Source: Hormiphora californensis (Eukaryota; Animalia; Ctenophora). Taken from it: a stretch of 64,000 bases of DNA. The stretch spans positions 3,348,001-3,412,000 of the forward strand of contig CM035352.1 in assembly GCA_020137815.1 (NCBI GenBank). The letters are read 5' to 3'. Below the pieces are notes generated by a model, which ran no database searches, was not told the origin of the DNA, and saw only the letters and a program-made list of their open reading frames with translations. Shown here in pieces: positions 35,525 through 48,079 of this stretch. Each line of letters starts with the position of its first letter. Position 1 is the first letter of the stretch. The translations under genes were made by a program, and so were the position numbers.

Positions 35525-37335
35525 GTCAAAGTTCATTTTTCATTTTTGTTAGTTCATTCCGTTCATTCAGGAACCAACATCCCTAAAGTGATGAAAAGGT
35601 GTGGGTTTTGTTTGGCTCATGTCATGCAATGACAGAGAGGTGTAATAGCGTGTTTCAAGGCTATTTTGTGGGTGTCCATGTGATCATGATGATATCTGAC
35701 ACCTTTTCTGAGCCATAATTAAGGGATTTTCTCAAATTCAAGCATGTAACTTGGTTTTTCTGCGATTAGCACCGTGCAACAACGTTATGAGATCTCACAA
35801 CAACTCAAAAATGATGATTAGCTCAATGAAATCTGTTGATTTATGATCAAAATTGTTCGTTTCGTTCAATTTGACATCGGTTTTAATCTTTTCAATCATA
35901 AATCAACTTATTTCATTGAGCTAATAATCATTTTTGAGGTGCTATGAGATCTCATAACATTCTTGCACGGTATTAATTGCAGAAAAACCAAGTTACATGC
36001 TTGAATTTGAGAAAATCCCTTAATTATGGCTCTGAAAAGGTGTCAGATATCATTATGATCACATAGACACCCACAAAATAGCCTTGAAACACGCTATTAC
36101 ACCTCTCTGTCATTGCATGACATGAGCCAAACAAAACCCACACCTTTTCATCACTTTAGGGATGTTGGTTCCTGAATGAACGGAATGAACTAACAAAAAT
36201 GAAAAATGAACTTTGACCTTTGGCCTTGATTTTTCTTGTGAGTGAAGATCTTTGCTTATCCAATGTTTTCCCAAAGTTTTAAGAAGATTGAACGAAAGGT
36301 AGCCGTGATACAGCTGTTTGAAAGTCGCAAAAAGAGCCAAAATCATGCATGAACATTTTCTCAACTGCTGTGTGACCTGGTGCTTCAATTTCATTTTTAT
36401 GGTGCTCATTGGAAAGAGAAATTACAGCCAAATGAAGTATGAACGTTTGTAGACTGGCGCGTTATGAAGTTGGCTGTTCCCAGCGCGAGCTGGGGACAGC
36501 CAACTGGAGTTTAATCGCCCGGCAGGGCGATTAAACTGGTTTAAATCCCGACGCCGATCCCGAGGCGCCAGCCGAGGGTGAGGGGGAGGTGATTTAAACC
36601 TATAACGCGATAGGCTAACAAACGTTCATATTTTATGAAACCCGATAGTAATTACACACAAATAAGAGACACAACACAAGGTGAAACACACTAGAACTGC
36701 TGGCAAATAGTCAACAGACACCCTGAAAATGTGTGTAGACTTAGTGTCTACTGTTCCTAACATGTTTGAGAAAGAGAGAGAAAGATTAGGGGCAATACAC
36801 ACTGTCAGAGGTAGTGAACAGTAAAAGAGACAATGAGAGAGAGAGAAATGAATGGAATGTGATTCTTTTCACTCCTTATGAGAGAGATAACATTGAAACG
36901 TGTTGCAGACATGTTTCCCCTTTCTTTTGTTGACAGAACTGTGTGTTTACACACATTTTCAATTTTACACGCATGTTATTCAAATGAAGAGAAACGCGTG
37001 AAAAAGGGCACTGGCCTGATAAATCGCGAGCAGGGTGTTAAATCCCCCAGCTAGCAGTTATCATGAGCGCGCAAAATCTTCAAACGACTGATAAATCAAC
37101 TATCGGGTTTCATAGAAGAATAGCATAATGATGGAAAATTAGGATGCTCACATCATGAATGAACGAGAAATGAATGAAGGAATGAAAAATGAATTTTCGA
37201 ATTTTTGACAAAAAATTATGGAAAAAGTTACCAAGGAATTGATCCAGAGTGCTCCCATAATTTTTATTCTCAGAACTATCACCGTTTTGACGCACCACCT
37301 CGCTAACCATGACCAACAATCCGTGGCCCACCTTG
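35089..37335. mobile_element. Large foldback (palindromic) Tc1/mariner-type non-autonomous element; right arm interrupted
   Basis: TA|CAAGGTGGGCCACGG...CCGTGGCCCACCTTG|TA; ~770-bp arms about a centre near 35870; identical ORFs on opposite strands. Confidence 0.88.
36432..37113. mobile_element. Crypton-like non-autonomous element A (cloverleaf plus internal inverted junction copy)
   Basis: Boundaries defined by the empty site in the opposite arm (gccaa|agaag); no TSD; 36618-36649 is the reverse complement of right end joined to left end; three internal hairpins including ccgaggcgccagccgagg. Confidence 0.75.
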
Positions 37336-37869
37336 TACATGATGCAACTTAGTTATTAGTTTTTCTTTAAATTATCTTGTTTGATCTCAAAGACGTGTTA
37401 ACATGACAATAGAAGAAGAAAGTCGGATAATGTTAACATGCACGGCAATGGTCCAACAATGAAGAGTGCAAGCACAGTAGGAAACTAATGTCTGTCCGTC
37501 TGTCTGTTCAGTGTTCCATCTCTCCTCCTCCACTGACCACAGTGTATCTGTTCGGCCGTTAGACTAGGTACTTCTCAACATCAGATTGATAAACCAATGC
37601 CATCAATGATTGTGTATCTGCTAAAACCATATTACATTCTACTAAAACATTTCATGTATGTTTAATGTATACTGATAGTACTGATACACAAACACGTACA
37701 CACACATGACACATGCCTCAAGAAACTTGTATTGTTATTGTTTGTGAGACTCTAGGATAGACGTGAAGTTCAAGTGTATCTGTGTAGTGTGTAAGTCGTG
37801 GACCACTGTCTGGTTATGTCTGTAGAATACACTTGCATTCTATTTGATATGTTCCCAGTGTGTCGGTTA

Positions 37870-38504
37870 TATAGTACATAACTCCCTCCCGCGCGGGCAG
37901 ATAATCAATAGACGCACTGCAGAGCAGTGCGTCTATTGAGCTGTAATGCACGGGTCCCGAAGGCCGAAGGGACCGTGCGTTACAGCCCTGTAAATCCCGA
38001 GCGTCAGCGAGGGGTTTACAGGTATATCTGCACGCAAGGGAGGGAGTTGTGTTCTATAGACCCCGCTGGCGGGCACCTAGAAGCAAAACAAGCACAATTT
38101 ACGTGGTTCTCAAACAGAGAGCTCACACAAAACGGGTCAAATAGTTGGAAATGAAGCTACAAAGTGCCTCTCTACATTCCTACACACTCGTACCAATCGT
38201 TTTAACAAATCAAAAGGGTGGAATGCAGAGAGAGATAACAGTTAATTGTGGGTCAAGAGGAACAGTTGCCAACAGACTGGCGGGCGCCAAATCTAGACAG
38301 AGAGCTTAGTTGGTTGTACACACACTCCCTCTTGTGTTGTCATGTCATTTTATCGTGTTTCCAGTGATTCTTTGTGATCTTTACACAAATCTGTCAGAGG
38401 GCGTGCGTCTATCGAGACACAAACTCACGGCAGTGCACGGCGCAATAGACCAGTGCAAATTGTTCGCGCGGGGCGGGCGTCTATTTGAGCCAGCGGGGTC
38501 TATA
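37870..38504. mobile_element. Crypton-like non-autonomous element B (same architecture, TATA at both ends)
   Basis: Reverse complement of 38025-38070 = gccagcggggtc-TATA-gaacacaactccctccc.., i.e. right end + TATA + left end; three hairpins between 37906 and 38022. Confidence 0.75.
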
Positions 38505-39859
38505 CACATGTAGTCTCACATAATCAGGAAGTCCTCATGGCTCATACACCGCTATACATGATGCAGGGGGCGGGGTCTCTTGTGTACAATTATTGTTTGT
38601 ACATAGTTTATTGGTTCCTGGTACATTGTGGAGATATAACGGTCTTTGTGTAATGTATACAAAGGCCAAAAGGAGGATGGGGGGTTGAGTGCCCAATTTG
38701 AATACTAATAACTACATTCATAAGGCACAAGTTCTCATGTTTGAGGTCGATGTGAAGTGTGTAAAAGTAGGAGTATTGTACATAGTGAGAGCATTGTATA
38801 GTTCTGCCTGTCTATGTTTAGAGAATGTATGTTATGGAGACTGGAGTCTTCAGCTACTTTACGAAATCTCTCAATGATACGATAAGTGGTAACCATAGCA
38901 ACCGGCTAATAACAATGCCACAAGCATTATGGGATAGTTATTCTTATAACTCTATCAAACACCCTCACTCAGGACTTTTAATCCCATCCCCATGGCCCCA
39001 CCATACCTCGACCCTCTCTTTAGGATAGAGGTGGGGTTGTCACATCAAAGGCTGATGGTATATTCCAGTTTGTAACTACGGCGTCAGTCCTCACGAAATC
39101 AACTTCAACGTAGCGCGCGAGTACCTCTGCCAGTACTCAGATGCGCTAACGATCTGATCTTGACAGTAACGCGCAGAAAATTCAACTGTAAATTGCCTCG
39201 CGGCGGTCGCGGTTTTACAATCACGCCGCGCGAGCGACGACCGACATTGCAACGTCACTCAGTTTTTCTTTCTTTCGTGAAAGGCAGTGGGCATGTGACA
39301 TGTCTCGCTTTCGGCTTCCCGCTTCTGTTACATTAAATCTGTTTACAATAATTCTGTTACAACCTAAGAGGGCGTAGAAGTATCCTCGAGACTTAGGTTT
39401 GAAGGAAAAGCGGAGTATCAATAATCTTCAGGCCTCACTTTTGCGGTGGCTGTCACCAAAAACGGGGTCCGGCGAGACCAGACAGGTGGCGGGCCGTTAC
39501 AATTACCAATTTGATATGCTGTTGGAAAGCTAAAAGGCGGGCAGGGTGAAAATTAGCGTTGGGTGGAGACAAGTCTAGGGTGTGGGGATCAATGCTTATC
39601 AGAAAAAAAAAACGTTTTGGGATGGCTGTCTAATGTAATGATTAAAAGTTTGAACTGTTCTTACGACTTAATTACACGAACGAATGATTAAATACTGAAA
39701 AACGATACTAGTATTTGCGTCATTGTGCCGACACCTGTCGGATTGGGTATAACATAAAAGCTGGTGTAAAATTTTAAACTTTACAATTCAACTTATTGTT
39801 CACATTTTTCAAGTTTCCACTTTTAACTAACAAATCTAACTACTAGATGGTTCGATAAC

Positions 39860-41734
39860 ATGCAACTAAAATGGGTCGTGTTGGTGGTGGTAGTGGGAAT
39901 TCTTGCCGTGAAATTTCACCGATATGGAGATCACATTGTTCTACCTACTGCAACCACCGGTGATAATGACTCATTTAATTTTACCGTCCTCGGCACAAAC
40001 GATTTACACAGCACATTCCGTGGGCTCGGATTGGTCAGCTACCCTGACAGTATAAAGGGTGGATACAGCAGACTTGTCCATCTCATTCGTACTACTCGGT
40101 AATGAATCTTTGTTTGTTTTACTAATTGTACTTTCGCCGAAATCGCAACTTTCATAGAAATGATTCATTACCTCAGTATCATGGTCGAGATTTAATTATA
40201 TTACTTTTTACCAGGAAAACACTAGAGGAAGCTGGAGAGCTAGTTCTAACAGTCGATGCTGGTGATTGGTATTCTGGGAGTTTGTTTGATAACATTGCCG
40301 CCGATCCCCGGACTCCCTCCATCCCTCAACTTGAATTCTTCGCTGCTGCTCGTTATGATGCCATAATATTCGGGAATCATGATTTCGATCGTTATGAAAG
40401 TGCCCTGTTTACCATGCTCCAAAAAGCTGAATCCCTTCACCTTGATCTCACAGTTTTAACATCAAACTTGTTACCCCTGCCCGATGGCAGCAAATTCGCT
40501 CAGTTCCAATCCGAGAACTCTCATGTTCAATTCAAGAAATACATTATAAAGGAGTCAAGGCATGGGCGGCGTGTTGGCGTGCTGGGATATATCACACCTG
40601 ACGCTCTCTTTGTCTCCAATGACTACAGAGATCATCTTCAGTTTGTCGGAATGGGACCAGCTGGCCAGGACTACGCTTCTGTAGTGGAGTTAGCGGACAA
40701 ACAGAGCACTGAATTAAAAGAGGAGCTAGGGTGTGATGTTGTGGTGGTTATCATTCATGGTGGGAGGAAGGATTTTGAGGATGCTGGTATGTTGGCCCTG
40801 GGTAATGTTGATGTGGTAATGGGAGGACACACCCACGAGTCCTATCTCCACTACCGAGGGCGGGGCCATCTCTGGGCAGTGTGGCTACTCTGGGATGCTG
40901 CTCTCTGCACTACAGATCGGCTACTCAAACCACGTTTATTGGAGAGGTCCTCTTGTGGATCAGGGGTCGGCTGATCCTCCTCACTGTATTCCAGTGTCAT
41001 GCTGGGACAGCCGTGGAGGATGGTGAGTTTAGGGGTAAAGTTGAACATTGGCAGAGTGAGATCCAGGATCTGCTGTCCATTCAGCCAGATAGGGTTGTAT
41101 TCAGGGGTAATTTGATGGCGCTTTTCAACCCATCCTGGTCTCGCCAGGACATGTCCACAGAGTTTGCAACCATGCTCCTACAACAGTACAACAAAATAAA
41201 ATCACCAGATGAACAAGCAATGTTGTTTCTCTGGAACAAAGAGTTTTTGAAAACTGATTTTTTAACTCATCGTCCGGAGGATGTTATTTTGACACACGGA
41301 GATGCAGTATAATTTGATATTCTTTAGCGGGACAAAAGAGACCTACACTTTTTACATGAACAAACACTGATGTTTATAAGATTCTACAAGGAACCTTCGT
41401 AATGACAGCCCTTGTGAGCCCTCTAATCACCCTAACAGCGGGTGGGTTGAGCTACGATCAATCCTGGATCGGCCCCGTTCCCATTATTTCTAATATTTCA
41501 ACCTGGGACGGAATACCGTATACAGAGTGGCCGGAGAGAGTGAAAGTGGTGGCAAACTCAATTAGTGCACCATACTTCTGGAAAATTGATACTATGACTC
41601 GGGGAGTTTTTAGTAACTTTGCGACGGATCGTCATGGTAGCGCGTTATCTTTAGAGGATGCACGTGCACCTGATGATCCGAATGAAATGGAATTGTTTCT
41701 TAGCTACTTATCACAAAATACACAGCCCCTTTAA
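39860..41734 (+). pseudogene. 5'-nucleotidase/apyrase-family metallophosphoesterase, frameshifted in this sequence
   Basis: N-terminal hydrophobic leader; exons 39860-40098 and 40215-41734; motifs TNDLHS, DAGD, GNHDFD, GGHTH; frame changes near 40860-40990 and 41310-41370. Confidence 0.8.
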
Positions 41735-42052
41735 ATATATTATTTAGTTGGTGGTATATTGAAACAAAAGTTCTCTGCTGTTATTAAAATGACTGACTCA
41801 CTTTCGACTTTGGGCCTAGAATTATAGCAAATATGTAATAGATTTATCGAATCAGTTTTAAAATGAGATTATGTTTATGACAAGATAAATCACTTAAATG
41901 TTCATATTTTATCTATCTATTTTCTATGTCTATTTGTTTATCTAAGATTATTTGCTTGATTCTGTGTGAAGCTCATTGTTTAAAAAAAACAAAATTTAAG
42001 CCCCAAATCGTTAACTCTCTCCTCCTTCCAGATTTTATAACCAGTTCATTTT

Positions 42053-45000
42053 ATGTCTCACGATTTGGAGAAAGAGCCCCTGACTGAACAGAAAGAAACT
42101 CCAGTGAGGCTATGGAGGGAGCCCTGTAAGACATCTTACTACTTCTTCTGGCAACTCTGGGATGAACTGAGACGACTTTTTGATTTGTAAGTTGTACAAT
42201 CATGAAGTATTCCAAATACTGTGTGCCCTTGCTCTTATCACGTGATTGTGTACCAGAACGAGTTTGCAATCAATTTGCCTCCAATGATTATTTTCTCTCT
42301 CTCTCTCCAGTCTCCGTGGTCACAAGACTGTAATCTGTGGGTGTTCTGTAATGTTGATTATTGTGATTCTTGTGTTAAATGTGGATGGTCCTCAACAAAA
42401 GGTGATTACTTTAAATCTGTTAACCACGTGATCCAGTGTGGAGCGTTTTTGGAGATATGCTTTATTATTTTGTATAGTCTAAATCGCAGCACTTACAAAC
42501 AAACAAGCCATGTGAAGGCTGGATTAATCAGATCCCTTCTCCCATAATCAAATTGTGGATATATTTCTATCAAATGTAACTTGTTTTCCTCCTTAGTACG
42601 TTGCCCCAGTTAACTCAGTATTGTTATGGTGTCTTTGGTGGATATTTCTTGGTATCCTCTCATCAGTCGGCCTTGGAACTGGACTTCACACGTTTCTCCT
42701 CTACCTGGTCGGTAGAAAGTTCCATTTGTCCAATAATTTTAGTAACAAAAGTGTTTTTGTGAAAGCTGGGACTTGAATATAGTTTATGTTTCTCGTTCTT
42801 AGTTGAAATTATGAACATACAAGCTCCAACTTGACCCACCTTCACCCTGCAGGGTCCCCATATAGCGACAGTGACACTAGCAGCGTGGGAGTGCGGCACA
42901 GTTGATTTCCCCGAGCCTCCCTATCCTGAAACTGTGATATGTCCTGGAGAAGATGTGCCACGTCAAGAGATCACTATGTGGACGATAATCAACAAAGTGA
43001 AACTAGAGGCATTCATGTGGGTAGGTTCAATTCTAATTTATCTTTGTGTACTGATCAAATCATTGATCTTGGTTGTTACTTAGAGATACACGAGTAGAAT
43101 GACAGGTTTGACAATGCGATATTCTAAAATTCGCATGCTAAATTTACTATCATACATATTGTACTATCCTTCCAAATCCTTCCAAATCGTGCTTTGAACA
43201 TGAAATTTATAGGGGCAATGTAAATCCTTCACTAAATAGTGCTACTAGGTCCCCCCTACCACCAAACGGAAGTTTACCAACCAACTCCATGGGGGAGGTC
43301 CGCTAATTGACCTTAATTGGTCTTAATAGATTTATCCCGTATCTTAAGAACATATCTACCCTTAGAAAAGGAGTTGAGAAAAAATCAAGGGCACCAAAGT
43401 GGTCAACGTCCTCGCATTAGTGGGGGTAGGTGCTGGAATTAACATTAACAGATTAAGTCTCTATCTCATCTGGTTAATTAGATAATTAGGTATGCGCATA
43501 GCCGTTTGCTGGCCATATGGCTATAGCCACTTGGGAAAGGAGTAGAGACAAAATCAAGGGCTCCAAAGTGTGTAGCATCCTCGCATTAGTGGGGGTAGGT
43601 GCTGAAATTAAGTCTCTATCTCAACTGGTTAATGAGATAATTGGATAATTAGTTTTGCGCATAGCCGTTTTTGGCCATATGGCTATAGCCGTTTAAGATC
43701 GGTTTAGAGACTTTTTACTGGTGCCATTTTGTAGGCAATGGCCAAGTTATGGGGGGTCAACGTCGGGCTTTTAAGCTCTATCTTCAACCGTTTAGCCGTT
43801 ATTCGGCTTTAAAGGTGCTCTAAATCGGGCTTTTTACCGTTTTTTGCTCATTTTGAGCACCTTTAAAGCCGAATAACAGCTAAACGGTTGAAGATAGAGC
43901 TTAAAAGTCCGACGTCGACCCCCCATAACTTGGCCATTGCCTACAAAATGGCACCAGTAAAAAGTCTCTAAACCGATCTTAAACGGCTATAGCCATATGG
44001 CCAAAAACGGCTATGCGCAAAACTAATTATCCAATTATCTCATTAACCAGTTGAGATAGAGACTTAATTTCAGCACCTACCCCCACTAATGCGAGGATGC
44101 TACACACTTTAGAGCCCTTGATTTTGTCTCTACTCCTTTCCCAAGTGGCTATAGCCACATGGCCAGCAAACGGCTATGCGCATACCTAATTATCTAATTA
44201 TCTAATTAACCAGATGAGATAGAGACTTAATTCCAGCACCTACCCCCACTAATGCGAGGACGCTGACCACTTTGGTGCCCTTGATTTTTTCTCAACTCCT
44301 TTTCTAAGGGTAGATATGTTCTTAAGATACGGGATAAATCTATTAAGACCAATTAAGGTCAATTAGCGGACCTCCCCCATGGAGTTGGTTGGTAAACTTC
44401 CGTTTGGTGGTATGGGGGACCTAGTAGCACCATTTAGTGAAGGATTTACATTGCCCCTATAAATTTCATGTTTTGTCAAATTTTATACACGATTTGGAAG
44501 GATTATATGCTGTCCTATACTAATAATGATCATGAATACTTGATACCCTTGTACTAACACCTTGCCACCTCTCTACTAGCTAGCCATGACATTTTCACGG
44601 CGTAGCGACGTCATAGCCGAGGGTGACACGGTGATAGTCCGACGAGAAAATAACACCCTCGAACCTCTAATCATCAAGCAAGATGCCCAATACCAACTTA
44701 CAGCGGGACTATACCGGCACAATGATATCATCGGCAAACCCTTCGGGTGTAAGATGTATAGCCACAACAAGAAGAACGTGATAACTCTCCTGGCCCCGAC
44801 CCCGGAGCTGTGGACCCTGTCTCTACCCCACCGGACCCAGATCCTGTACAGCACTGACATCTCCCTCGTATGCCTAATGCTGGAGGTGGCCCCTGGCTCT
44901 GTCGTAGTTGAAAGTGGAACGGGTAGTGGGAGTCTCACTCACGCCCTTGCGCGTGCAGTTGGCAAGTCTGGGCATGTCCACACGCACGAGTTCCACAAGG

Positions 45001-47385
45001 AGAGATACGAAGTTGCCAAGATGGAATTTGAACGACACGGTCTCGGTGACGTTGTCACGGGTTACCACAGGAACGTTTGTGTGGACGGATTCTCAGTGGA
45101 GGAGGGTACAGCAACTGCAGTCTTCCTAGATCTACCCTCTCCTTGGGAGGCGGTACCTCATGCAGTCAGGGCATTATCCGCTGCTGGGGGTCGGATTTGC
45201 AGTTTCTCGCCTTGTGTGGAACAGGTTCAGAAGACCTGTACTGCTCTCCGAGATCAAGGGTTCCAGGAGATCCAGACATTTGAGGGAATAGAGCGGCCCT
45301 ATCAGCTGAGTAGGAAGAGGGTCTGGGAGCCCTATGTTGGGAAAGAGAGGCATAAGAAGTTCCGATCTGAGCAGAGAGATGAGGACAATAAAGCTAGTAA
45401 TGGGTGGATTAATGCTTATGTAAAGGGTGGACCAAGGAAGGAAGGGGTGGGACATACAGGGTATCTTACTTTTGCCACCTACCCAGGAAGAGACTAATAA
45501 ATATCAGTGTGTAATTGTACTCGACACGTGGTGTTTTTATTTATTTATTGACAGTTTTACTACATTTCCTGTGTTTACTCTTGTACCTACACGTGTAATA
45601 TTGGAAACATTCCAAACCATCACTGCCTTTGTTTCAGGGTGCTGGTACTGCAATTGGAGAACTTCCACCGTACTTTATGGCCCGAACAGGTAACACGAGA
45701 GTGTAGAAAGACACTTGGGCTAAAGGATATATAGTGTTCCTAAGAGGAGAGTGTAGATATATGCCAGATGCCTGTATAAACTTGTTTGACGCATGGATGT
45801 TTTAAAAACAAGATTAGACGGTCGTTTTGGCAAGCTGTGACGCACTCGCGAGTCGCGACGTGCCTGAATTCTAGGCACGTGCATCTAAAAGTCACGCCCT
45901 GAAAGGCGATATCTTACTTTTTGCAGTGGAGAAGTTTTTATGAAATATAAACACCTGGAACATCAAAGGACAATTCAATTATTTTACACAGTTCACAAAT
46001 AGTCTTTATAAAGCTTTAGTCACCTCATCGAGATATGATGTCGTTTCAGCTTCCATGAAAAATTCTCCACTCTAAAAAGAAGATATCGTCTTTAAAGCCT
46101 GTGTGCGTTAAATCTTGATTGATTGAACCCCTCCCTAGCCCCAAATATCCACCACATGATCTCCTAACCAGTATGTTTCAGCCCGTCTAACTGGTTCTGA
46201 TATTGACGATGCCGAGTTCAATGAGCTACAGAACCTAACTGATAAATCAGGACTACCCTGGAGCATGCGATTCAAATTGTGGATGCAGCGGGTAGTGGAG
46301 AGAGCAGGGTTCTTTGGTATCCTACTGTGTGCTAGTGTAGGTGGAGAGAATTTGTAATGTACCATGTTATAAGCATAGAGGGAGAGAGGGGGGTTTAGCA
46401 AAAGAAAATGGGAAGAGTTAAGCAGTCAGAGCATTGGGCGACTGTGAGTGGAGAGATAGAGAGAGCAAATACTCAGTTCTTTTTCATCTTCATAATATTC
46501 CCCTCCTCTCAGATCCCGAACCCATTATTTGACCTGGCTGGTATAACGTGTGGCTACCTACTAATCCCCTTTGCCACATTCTTTGCCGCAGTTCTAATTG
46601 GAAAAGCAATCTTCAAAGTTCAACTGCAGGTGAGACGTACCACTTTTAGTTACATGTCACTCAGATTGAGGATAGTTTGACAATTGACATTGCCAGTGTC
46701 CTTATATGGACTCCCTCGGATGGACAGCATTATATATTTCCTACACAGCCTCAAGTACTGACAACATTCATTTTACAACATTGTTCAGGTTGTCATGATA
46801 GTTCTAATATTCACGGCTGATAACATCACACGACTAGAGGAAGGTATAGCGTCCATCCCGGGAATTGGGCCCTGGTTGAGCGCCCCATTTAATGACTATC
46901 TAGAGAAACAGAGAGACAAGCTACACGGATCTACACCTGATGATGTCAATGAGGTACCTGATTTCTTTCAAATAAAATCTCTTGAGAAATAAATTGAGAA
47001 ACAGTATCTCCACACCTATTTTTAAAGCTGTGCAGTTTCTTCAAACCCTACCACTAAATCTTTCAGGGAACGACAGTTCTGGGTATACTATTCAATGCTC
47101 TAATAGCAACCATGATTATCTTCTTCCTTCTGTCCATCATACAAGGACTGGCGAGACAGAAACAGAAAGAACTCCAGAGGGCGAGGTACTCACCCCTCTC
47201 AGAGGGGAGCGATTGTGGGGGAGATATCGACTCTTGATATTTATTATTTCATTCTATAAACCCTTTTTCTAAGCGATTGTTATTTATTTTTCAGTGATTA
47301 TAGTGAAAATGACAACGACACGAAGACAGAGAAGACAGAGACGACGAAGTTGCTTTCAGAGACCAAAAACCTGACCGACCCCTGA
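42053..47385 (+). CDS. VMP1: Vacuole membrane protein 1 (TMEM49), 10 coding exons
   Basis: Spliced translation: [26 protein letters not shown]|GPHIA, FPEPPYP, LEAFMW|[26 protein letters not shown]|[14 protein letters not shown]; intron 4 is 43021-45637. Confidence 0.95.
43175..44504. mobile_element. 1.3-kb foldback element in VMP1 intron 4
   Basis: aatccttccaaatcgtg...cacgatttggaaggatt; arms ~650 bp with ~165-bp internal subrepeats; centre near 43835. Confidence 0.88.
44586..45497 (+). CDS. TRMT61A: tRNA (adenine58-N1) methyltransferase catalytic subunit, intronless, nested in VMP1 intron 4
   Basis: [62 protein letters not shown]. Confidence 0.96.
   Translation: MTFSRRSDVIAEGDTVIVRRENNTLEPLIIKQDAQYQLTAGLYRHNDIIGKPFGCKMYSHNKKNVITLLAPTPELWTLSLPHRTQILYSTDISLVCLMLEVAPGSVVVESGTGSGSLTHALARAVGKSGHVHTHEFHKERYEVAKMEFERHGLGDVVTGYHRNVCVDGFSVEEGTATAVFLDLPSPWEAVPHAVRALSAAGGRICSFSPCVEQVQKTCTALRDQGFQEIQTFEGIERPYQLSRKRVWEPYVGKERHKKFRSEQRDEDNKASNGWINAYVKGGPRKEGVGHTGYLTFATYPGRD
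45897..46098. mobile_element. Degenerate ~200-bp inverted-repeat element in VMP1 intron 5
   Basis: aaaggcgatatcttactttttgcagtggagaa ... ttctccactctaaaaagaagatatcgtcttt. Confidence 0.6.
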
Positions 47386-48079
47386 CAGACCGATATCCGA
47401 TGTTTGTTAGATGATTTATACAGTTTGAATAATTAGTGAAACGGTTTTTTAAAAGTGTGATTTGTTAAGGTTTAGTACATTTATTGATTTGACAAATTCG
47501 AAACTTTTACTTTGACCCAAAACAGCTATCACCCCGGGGGTTGTCTCATATAAGACCGTCCTCTTCGCACCGGGGTGCGCGATGTACAGTCAGTGCCTGA
47601 CAACCCAGGGGTTACCCATGCCTATTACGTGTAACAAGGGCTTTTCCAGGCGAAAGAAGTGCAAGCCATGACACCAAGTAGGGTAATATACAGTGTGGCA
47701 CACTCTGTGACACCTCTGTAGCAGTATTTTACCACCGGCGCGGCCGACATATGCTGCAAGGGTGGAGTGGTCCGCGCGCACTCTAACAAGTCACGTGACC
47801 AACGCGCACAGTTAATTGATCATGGGACAGGAAATACGCCGGAAATTGGTGATTTACTGGCCGATCCACACAGAGATCTCTCTCTCTAGAGAGTGACACG
47901 ATGGCAAATATTTGGAGCCTGCGGATGATATTTATGTGAAACTTGGAGACCAATTTTCTAGCGGATTTAAAAAAGTAACAGCAATACAAAACACGTAAAA
48001 ACAATAAATCAGCTTCTCCCCGGCAACCCCTCATATACATTCAGTTTGTGAGTTTAATAATTGTCTGATAATGTCTTAA

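Noticed and set aside
34526-37340. Multi-copy small ORFs as a gene family
   Set aside because: They are translations of duplicated and inverted arms of a non-coding foldback element.
39340-39510. Possible snRNA or SL RNA (Sm-like tttttgg on the minus strand)
   Set aside because: No recognisable snRNA or leader sequence; would need an Infernal search.
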